64,000 nucleotides of DNA from a virus (taxonomy: Duplodnaviria; Caudoviricetes), in the IMG/VR virus record IMGVR_UViG_3300027804_000001, positions 224,001-288,000 of that record; one strand, written 5' to 3'. Made by a program: the position numbers and the translations under genes. Below the pieces are notes generated by a model. That model saw nothing but the letters and a program-made list of their open reading frames with translations. It made no database searches and was not told the origin of the DNA. Shown one piece after another: positions 18,007 to 24,717 of the stretch; the stretch's first letter is position 1, and each line of letters begins with the position of its first letter.

Positions 18007-18765
18007 TTAAAAAAATCCATCTCCACAGTCTATTTCCTGTAGTAAAGACCTATCTGCCAACGTCCCTAAATTTTGTATTTTCAAAGAAGCTGAAACAATT
18101 TGTGGTGTTAATTCATTTCTAACAATACTCATTGCACCTGAAACCACCAATGATTCTAAATTCTCATCAAGTGTCTGTACTAAGGTTGTCATACCCTCAA
18201 CTCTCAAATCACCTTTAATGACCATTGACCCCGTTACTTGTAAGTCATTCGTTGTTGCAAAAAATGAACCCGTTTCTCTCCAAACACCAGCATCTAAATC
18301 GGTACTTAAAATTACCTTTTGTTCACTACCACTTGGTCCCGCAATCCAATAATCATTTACAGAATCCCAAAGTAATGAACCAGATATTTTATTTGGATTT
18401 GTTGGGTCGTTAACTAACAGACCACCAAAACCTTCTTCGGTACCATTAAGTGAAATAATATTATCACCTAAGTCAATAATATTAGAATCTATTATTGTTG
18501 TTGTTCCTTTAACAGTAAGATTACCTTTGACTGTAAGATTTGAACCGGTTAATTCTATTGCTTGATTAAGTGAAGCGGTATATGCATTTAACGCATTCAC
18601 ACCACCTACTTCACCAACATAATCACTAAACTCTAAACCCGATATATAAAGATTTTCAAAATAACCAGCATGTAATGGACCCGTAAGTTTTCCAATATCT
18701 ATAATAGAACCAGAAGGTACATTTGTTGTGTCAATTTGTGTCCAGTTAATCTGTTGTAATGCCAT
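18007..18765 (-). CDS. putative virion/fibre protein
   Basis: 252 aa; GNLTVKGTTT...DNIISLN...GSLLWDS also present in the 775 aa protein. Confidence 0.65.
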   Translation of the reverse strand: MALQQINWTQIDTTNVPSGSIIDIGKLTGPLHAGYFENLYISGLEFSDYVGEVGGVNALNAYTASLNQAIELTGSNLTVKGNLTVKGTTTIIDSNIIDLGDNIISLNGTEEGFGGLLVNDPTNPNKISGSLLWDSVNDYWIAGPSGSEQKVILSTDLDAGVWRETGSFFATTNDLQVTGSMVIKGDLRVEGMTTLVQTLDENLESLVVSGAMSIVRNELTPQIVSASLKIQNLGTLADRSLLQEIDCGDGFF

Positions 18766-18815
18766 TTGGAAAGTAAAGTCTTTTACATAAATACTTTTAT
18801 AAAATTTATGTGCAT

Positions 18816-18846
18816 AAAAAAAGAGGGAAAAACCCTCTTTTTTTTT
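18816..18846. terminator. symmetric (bidirectional-looking) intrinsic terminator
   Basis: AAAAAAAGAGGG-AAAAA-CCCTCTTTTTTTTT. Confidence 0.8.
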
Positions 18847-18851
18847 ATTTT

Positions 18852-19124
18852 TTATATATGCTTTTTAATTTTTGGTATTAATTCATCAGGACTTTTAAAA
18901 TCTCTACCCGGAACAAAAACGGGTCCCGTGTCCGAACCCTTATTTTTTATAAAAATTGTTGGCAAAACATTGTGTCCTGTTTGTTCAACAACTTTATCCC
19001 ATATTTTTTGATTTGAACTTATTTCAATTTCAGTAAATGGAATAGTTTCTTCGTTCAATTTAGATTTTAAGTTTGAACAATGTACACATCCATTTAAACT
19101 AAAAACTATCAACTCTGAATTCAT
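18852..19124 (-). CDS. glutaredoxin/NrdH-like redoxin
   Basis: 90 aa; FSLNGCVHC active site and VLPTIFI cis-Pro motif. Confidence 0.85.
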   Translation of the reverse strand: MNSELIVFSLNGCVHCSNLKSKLNEETIPFTEIEISSNQKIWDKVVEQTGHNVLPTIFIKNKGSDTGPVFVPGRDFKSPDELIPKIKKHI

Positions 19125-19426
19125 AGGGTATCTAAAATCTTTGTATATATAATATCTTGATTGGCACCCGTACTTCTATCTACTAATGTTTCTCCATTAA
19201 AAATCATAACAGTTGGTACCGTTCTTATGTTTAAATCTAATGCAAAATCAACATTTTCATCCACATTAATCTTTACAAATTTAACATTTGGGTATTTTGA
19301 TTCTAAAGATTCCAAACGAGGAATTAATTGTTTACATGGTCCACACCAAGGTGCCCAAAAATCTACGAGTATCTTTTTACCCTTATTTTGTAATTCTTCT
19401 AATTCTGTTCTATTTACGTTTTCCAT
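19121..19426 (-). CDS. trxA: thioredoxin
   Basis: VDFWAPWCGPCK and IRTVPTVMIF; start trimmed to ATG at 19426. Confidence 0.95.
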   Translation of the reverse strand: MENVNRTELEELQNKGKKILVDFWAPWCGPCKQLIPRLESLESKYPNVKFVKINVDENVDFALDLNIRTVPTVMIFNGETLVDRSTGANQDIIYTKILDTL

Positions 19427-19427
19427 A

Positions 19428-20495
19428 TTAATATAATCCAATTTTACTTTTTGTTTTTGACTTATAAACTTCTACGTCTATGTTATAAATATCCGCCAAT
19501 GACATTGGTTCACTAGATATAAAGTTTTTATTTAAATGTTTTAAAAGTTTATTTGTGTCGTCTATTGATAACAATTCAAACTTATGTTCCGCAATTAATC
19601 TACCCTTTCTTAACAATGCAGAGTCTATTTTTTCTCTTTTCATGTTAAAAGTAGCCACAATCTGTATATTCAAACAATCCCCTAAAATACCGTCCGTAAG
19701 ATTAAGAATATTAGATACTCCTGCAGGTGAACCATTACCTTCTCTATCTGCAATTACCCTTTCAGCGTCCTCAATAATTAAAATTGAGTTTCTATGGTCC
19801 ATTAAGAAGGGTATAATTGACGGTTCGGATAACATTTCAGCCATAGAAGGTGGAATGAATAAAACGTCTTTATCTTTAACCAAAGATGTTAAATATTTTA
19901 TATATGAAGTCTTTCCTGTTCCAGGATCTCCATGTAAAAGTATAATCCCTTTACCATTTTGTTTATTTAATGAATCCACAATGACTTTGTGGATGTTTGA
20001 AAATTCCGAACCATAGTTTAATTTAATATCCATTTTAGGAACAGACAAATCATAATCTTCTGTATCCAAATGACCCATATCAGATCTAATTAAACTAATA
20101 TTTGATTTTTGTTTTTTCTTTTCAAATGTTTCAATTTCTTTCAAATTAATTTGATTCTTTAATTCACCATTTTTTAAAGAATATAAAATTTTAACATTAA
20201 AAAGATTATTATCTTTTGATGTTGAATTTAATTCAATTGCAAGTTGTTTTTCTTGATTAGATAATAAAACATTATAAGATAATTCACCTCTTCTATTTGA
20301 AGTGTTTAGTGAAACAATTTTATCAAATCCATTAGAGATAAAATATTCTTCAATCTTTTTATCGAAAGTTAATGATGACAACTCATATTTCGATGGTAAA
20401 TAATTAAAAGAAATTAAAAAATATTGTTCTGCAGGTATCTCGGTTCCATATGATGTCTCATATAATGCATAACCATTAGGTAGAATTTTCTCCAT
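19428..20495 (-). CDS. AAA+ ATPase
   Basis: Walker A GDPGTGKT, Walker B ILIIEDAE, SRH ALLRKGRL. Confidence 0.9.
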   Translation of the reverse strand: MEKILPNGYALYETSYGTEIPAEQYFLISFNYLPSKYELSSLTFDKKIEEYFISNGFDKIVSLNTSNRRGELSYNVLLSNQEKQLAIELNSTSKDNNLFNVKILYSLKNGELKNQINLKEIETFEKKKQKSNISLIRSDMGHLDTEDYDLSVPKMDIKLNYGSEFSNIHKVIVDSLNKQNGKGIILLHGDPGTGKTSYIKYLTSLVKDKDVLFIPPSMAEMLSEPSIIPFLMDHRNSILIIEDAERVIADREGNGSPAGVSNILNLTDGILGDCLNIQIVATFNMKREKIDSALLRKGRLIAEHKFELLSIDDTNKLLKHLNKNFISSEPMSLADIYNIDVEVYKSKTKSKIGLY

Positions 20496-20530
20496 AAAAA
20501 AATTATAGGAATTATTTTTAATAAAATAAA

Positions 20531-20803
20531 CTAATTAAGACAAATTTTGCCGAAATCTTTTAAATCAAAAAATATATTATCTTCTTTAGTTTTTGTTTTT
20601 TGTAAAGCTTCTTTTATTGATTCAAATTGATCTCTTGTTAACATCGGGTCACCTTTTTCTATAAAATTTTTTTCTGACTGTGATATTAATTCATTATAAA
20701 AATCGTTTGGATTTAGTCCATTTAAAAAATAATTATTTGCTTCTTTATTTGTTGAGAGGTAGTTTTTTATTTTTTGTAAATAAATTAAAACTTCAGATGA
20801 CAT
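20531..20803 (-). CDS. hypothetical protein
   Basis: 90 aa ATG ORF, 3 nt after the nusG stop. Confidence 0.7.
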   Translation of the reverse strand: MSSEVLIYLQKIKNYLSTNKEANNYFLNGLNPNDFYNELISQSEKNFIEKGDPMLTRDQFESIKEALQKTKTKEDNIFFDLKDFGKICLN

Positions 20804-20806
20804 CTA

Positions 20807-21331
20807 TTATATTTTTTCTATTTGACGCAAAGTTAATTCAACCGGAGTTACTCTACCAAAAATTTTCACTTCTAATGAAACTTTTTCACCGTTTATACTT
20901 GAAATAATTCCTTCAAACGTAGTGAATGGACCATCATTGATTCTAATTGATTCACCAATTGTATATTGATACTTCATGGTTGTGTTATACTCATCTAAAA
21001 TTTCATCTTTTAGAATACGTTTTATATCTGTATCTTTTAACTTAATTGGTGTTCTATCTCCCATCATTCCCATCAAACCATTCATACCTGATACGAATTT
21101 TAAATCTTCTTTGGTCAATAATTTTTCCGATTCAAAATAAAGATATCCAGTATAAAGGACCTTTTCTCTTACGATTTTTTTATTCTTTACAATTTTTAAT
21201 TCCTTTTCGGTTGGACACAGGAACCTATTAATACCTTTTAACTTTCCTTGTGTTATTTGTTTGTTGTATTCTTCTTTTAATGTTCTTTCTTTACCGGGTA
21301 AAACTTTTACCACGTACCAATGTGATTCCAT
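20807..21331 (-). CDS. nusG: transcription termination/antitermination factor NusG
   Basis: WYVVKV..GKE NGN domain, YTGYLYF, KOW domain GESIRINDGPF..FEG...VKIFGRVTPVEL. Confidence 0.95.
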   Translation of the reverse strand: MESHWYVVKVLPGKERTLKEEYNKQITQGKLKGINRFLCPTEKELKIVKNKKIVREKVLYTGYLYFESEKLLTKEDLKFVSGMNGLMGMMGDRTPIKLKDTDIKRILKDEILDEYNTTMKYQYTIGESIRINDGPFTTFEGIISSINGEKVSLEVKIFGRVTPVELTLRQIEKI

Positions 21332-21357
21332 AATCTTGATTTTTTAATAAATACGAA

Positions 21358-22194
21358 TTAATAGTTCATTATTAGTAATTCGGTCCCTTTAGTTTTCTCT
21401 TTTTTAGTGGATGCTGCTTTACTAAAGTCTTTTTGTTCCCATTTAAATTCTTCTTTAGGGAACCATTCTAATAATTGTGGGAATTCATAATATGATAAAC
21501 CAAACTTCCCTTTGATACTTTTAATACAATTAGCCAGACGAATATGGTCTTCAGAATCAAATTCATGATTTGAATAATAATTTTCAGTTTTCCAATATGG
21601 TGGGTCCATATAGAAATATGTTGTTGGTGAATCATATTTTTCAACCACTTCTTGGAAATCGGAATTTTCTATAAACGTGATTTTATCAAAATGTTCACGG
21701 TATTTTGGATTCTTTAGTTTATCCATAAACACCAAAACTTTACAACGATATTTTCCTTTATAATCCATATATGACGCCTTTTCTGGTTTTGAACCAGAGA
21801 ACACTTGTCCTAAAACATAAACATATTTACATGCGATTTCTAAACTGTTTTCATCGGTTATAATAAGTTTAGGATTAAACAACTCTTGTTGGTAACGATT
21901 AAACATTTCACCATATTCAGGTGGAGTATCAACCACCCCTAGTTGTTGACATGGGTAATGTGACAACGCTTCCCATAAAACGTCATATTGTTTACTCCAT
22001 TTCATTAGATTATAATTTAATCTATTATAATCATTATATACTACGGTTTTTAAATTAGGGAACTTACTAAGATCCATATTAAAAAAAACCCAAAACATAC
22101 CAGAGAATCCTTCTACGTATGTCTCAATATCATTTGGAATTTGTGGAACTATCCATTTACCAATTGTTGCTTTTCCGCCAATATAAGATATCAT
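21358..22194 (-). CDS. dam: DNA adenine methyltransferase (Dam/D12 class)
   Basis: ISYIGGK, YVEGFSG, YNDYN, catalytic FYMDPPY, ELLIMNY. Confidence 0.85.
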   Translation of the reverse strand: MISYIGGKATIGKWIVPQIPNDIETYVEGFSGMFWVFFNMDLSKFPNLKTVVYNDYNRLNYNLMKWSKQYDVLWEALSHYPCQQLGVVDTPPEYGEMFNRYQQELFNPKLIITDENSLEIACKYVYVLGQVFSGSKPEKASYMDYKGKYRCKVLVFMDKLKNPKYREHFDKITFIENSDFQEVVEKYDSPTTYFYMDPPYWKTENYYSNHEFDSEDHIRLANCIKSIKGKFGLSYYEFPQLLEWFPKEEFKWEQKDFSKAASTKKEKTKGTELLIMNY

Positions 22195-22268
22195 TATTTA
22201 TCAATAAAGTTTATTAAAATATAACCTTTAAAATTGAAAAAAAGAAATAAAATCCTTATATTTTTATT

Positions 22269-22421
22269 ATGTCATGTACAAAATGTAAACAAAAAAATGA
22301 ATTTAGAGAAGAGATAGAAAAAACAACTGGATTCATAAATAAAGGTGCAATATGGTTTGTTGTTATTTGGTCGATGCTTGCACTATATGGTCTTTATTCT
22401 CTTATTAGTAAATTTTTATGA
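22269..22421 (+). CDS. 50 aa small membrane protein with N-terminal CxxC (not in ORF track)
   Basis: MSCTKCKQKNEFREEIEKTTGFINKGAIWFVVIWSMLALYGLYSLISKFL; ATGA coupling to the next gene. Confidence 0.7.
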   Translation: MSCTKCKQKNEFREEIEKTTGFINKGAIWFVVIWSMLALYGLYSLISKFL

Positions 22422-23056
22422 AAAATGGTAAGTATTTTATAGTCTTGTTCTGTAATAAGAAAAAAATTAAAATATTATATAAGTGTATGAAAAGAACCAC
22501 TATTACTGAATATTGGCACGAATTTAAGACACAGAAAAAACCAGATTTTGTTAAGATTCAAGGTGGTAAAAGAAATCAAGAACAAATCTTTGAATTAGCT
22601 TTAATTTTTCCCAATACAAGGTGGTCGACCAACCCTTGGGTTAAAGATAGTTTAGGTAGAAATATAGAAGCCAAAATAGAAGATGATAAATTTCGTATCA
22701 AAGAGATTATACCCTATTGGAAAGAAGAACTGATTTATGATTTTCAAACCAAGAAAAGAATTAGGTTTCATGAAATGATGGAAAAAATATATCTCGTTAG
22801 TGAAATTGCACAAATATTCACATTAAATAATAAACTATTTGTACAGGTTGAAAATGATGTTTGGTTGTACGGAAACAAAAATTTAAACGATGCAGAAAGA
22901 CTGTTTGAATTGGTAAGGGAAAATTTAACAAAAAAGAAAAGAGGTAATTTTATCTTTGTTAAAGATATTACCACACACCAAAGAAAACAACTATATAATT
23001 TACTTGAGTCTAAGGGATTTAAAAGAAGGGAATTGTTTAGACATTATTCGTACTAA
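22418..23056 (+). CDS. hypothetical protein
   Basis: 212 aa; the only long plus-strand ORF without a competing minus-strand gene. Confidence 0.8.
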   Translation: MKNGKYFIVLFCNKKKIKILYKCMKRTTITEYWHEFKTQKKPDFVKIQGGKRNQEQIFELALIFPNTRWSTNPWVKDSLGRNIEAKIEDDKFRIKEIIPYWKEELIYDFQTKKRIRFHEMMEKIYLVSEIAQIFTLNNKLFVQVENDVWLYGNKNLNDAERLFELVRENLTKKKRGNFIFVKDITTHQRKQLYNLLESKGFKRRELFRHYSY

Positions 23057-23270
23057 AAACTATATCAACGTTACCAATTGTGATTGTAAATCTATCTTTT
23101 GGTTTATCACTTTTTCTGTTATACTTTTTTTCAATGTACTCGAAAATATTATCAAATTCATTTTTTGAAACTTCAAAAACTAATGTATTTGATTTTATAT
23201 TTGCATTAACTTTTTCAATTAAATCCGATATTATTGCTAGTTGGTTTAGTAAATCACCTTTTTTTTCCAT
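23037..23270 (-). CDS. hypothetical protein
   Basis: 77 aa ORF convergent with the plus-strand gene. Confidence 0.65.
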   Translation of the reverse strand: MEKKGDLLNQLAIISDLIEKVNANIKSNTLVFEVSKNEFDNIFEYIEKKYNRKSDKPKDRFTITIGNVDIVFSTNNV

Positions 23271-23457
23271 ATCCTAATATCATAAGTATTTTACTTACTA
23301 TAGATATTTTCTTTTTAGGTTTTTGGATAAACATTTTAGATTTATCCCAATTTTTTATTTCATCAATCATCAGATTCTTGTGATTCTGAATCTCCGTCTT
23401 GTCCTTCTCCATCTCCCTGTTCAACCAATCCGATGCTTGTTGTATCCTCTTGTCCAT
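23254..23457 (-). CDS. hypothetical protein
   Basis: 67 aa; start uncertain (95-nt overlap with the upstream gene if the first ATG is used). Confidence 0.6.
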   Translation of the reverse strand: MDKRIQQASDWLNREMEKDKTEIQNHKNLMIDEIKNWDKSKMFIQKPKKKISIVSKILMILGYGKKR

Positions 23458-23818
23458 CTTTGTTCAATAGGTTTATATCTTTCAATTTATCTAAACTTTG
23501 ATTTTTAAATAACTCTTCAAGTTCTTTTACTTTTTGTTGGAATAATTTTTGTTTCTCTTCTTCCTCTTTGTTTAATTTTATAATTTCAGAAGCACATGCA
23601 AATACCACATCATAACCATTTTGTGTTGCACCACCAATTAATGAAACCAATGTGAATTTATCATTCTTGTCTTGGATTTTTACTTTTATTGTACGGTATG
23701 GTTTTACGATATCTTCATACAACCAAGTCAATGGTAATTTAATATCTAAACTTACATTATTTTCAATTTCTCTTAAAGAGAAAAAATATGGTTTCAATGA
23801 CTTTATTACTTCAAACAC
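23363..23818 (-). CDS. hypothetical protein with coiled coil and acidic tail
   Basis: 151 aa, GTG start. Confidence 0.7.
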   Translation of the reverse strand: MFEVIKSLKPYFFSLREIENNVSLDIKLPLTWLYEDIVKPYRTIKVKIQDKNDKFTLVSLIGGATQNGYDVVFACASEIIKLNKEEEEKQKLFQQKVKELEELFKNQSLDKLKDINLLNKDGQEDTTSIGLVEQGDGEGQDGDSESQESDD

Positions 23819-23843
23819 AAATTCAAATTAAAATATAGGTTAT

Positions 23844-24002
23844 TATATACGAAACGGCAAAATACAAAAAGATTTTTTCCGTCTCTTTCAGTTTTAATTG
23901 TTCAGGATTTTCTCTTGTTAATTCATAAACGAATTGAAAAATAAATCTTAAAACAAATACGATACTAAGAACAAAAATGAAAAGTTTAATTTCGTTAATC
24001 AT
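23844..24002 (-). CDS. 52 aa small membrane protein (not in ORF track; possible frameshift near 3' end)
   Basis: MINEIKLFIFVLSIVFVLRFIFQFVYELTRENPEQLKLKETEKIFCILPFRI; overlaps the Hc1 gene stop. Confidence 0.6.
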
Positions 24003-24174
24003 GTTTTTTTGTTTCTTCTAAAATTTCTTTACGATAAATCGCAATTAGGAGTTTAATTTCTTGAGCATATTTTCTTGCTCGTATTGATGCACTTCGATTT
24101 CCCTTCTCGTAAACTTTCTGGGTGTCTACTGACATCTTCTCAACCAACTCCTTAATTTTTCTTAAGGTTTCCAT
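23995..24174 (-). CDS. histone H1-like protein, Hc1 family (59 aa, not in ORF track)
   Basis: METLRKIKELVEKMSVDTQKVYEKGNRSASIRARKYAQEIKLLIAIYRKEILEETKKHD fits the Hc1 pattern KGNK.A..R.RK...E......YRK. Confidence 0.75.
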   Translation of the reverse strand: METLRKIKELVEKMSVDTQKVYEKGNRSASIRARKYAQEIKLLIAIYRKEILEETKKHD

Positions 24175-24212
24175 ATTATTTCGGTTTTTAATACTAATAT
24201 ATGGAAAAATAT

Positions 24213-24668
24213 CTACTTTTTCAAGTTTTGATCTAACAATTTGTAAATTTCGGTTAACATGTCTAATTCAGGCCTGGATTTCTTATGTTGAAATGTGAAT
24301 AACTTGTTGAAATATTCTTTAATTTTGGGTGTTCCTCCCTCCAAATTGATGATATAAAATGCTTCAATATAGAAGTTAAAAAAATATTCCTTATGTCTTC
24401 CTGATTCTTTAAATACTATTCTTTCTTTTGAGAAGTTTTCAATGGTTTTATTCCAACACCATGTAAAATGACCCATCTGGTCTTTTTCATATTCAAAAAC
24501 ATCGGGTCCTAAATAAGTGTTCTCTATTAACTCATGTAATGAAATGAGAAAGTCGTGAAAAAGTTCAATTTTCTCACGACTTATATTGTAAGCCCTATAC
24601 CAAACATCAATTTGATTTTTGTAACTCTCAGATGAGATAAACTCTAAATAACTCTCTTTATTTTCCAT
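24213..24668 (-). CDS. hypothetical protein
   Basis: 151 aa ATG ORF preceded by a TATATT element. Confidence 0.75.
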   Translation of the reverse strand: MENKESYLEFISSESYKNQIDVWYRAYNISREKIELFHDFLISLHELIENTYLGPDVFEYEKDQMGHFTWCWNKTIENFSKERIVFKESGRHKEYFFNFYIEAFYIINLEGGTPKIKEYFNKLFTFQHKKSRPELDMLTEIYKLLDQNLKK

Positions 24669-24717
24669 ACCCTATTATTGTTATAATATAAGGATAAAAG
24701 AAAAGAAAAAGAAAAAA

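Noticed and set aside
18766-19011. Plus-strand 81 aa ORF and similar short antisense ORFs over trxA, clpP and the AAA gene
   Set aside because: Overlap well-supported minus-strand genes or terminators and have no recognisable motifs
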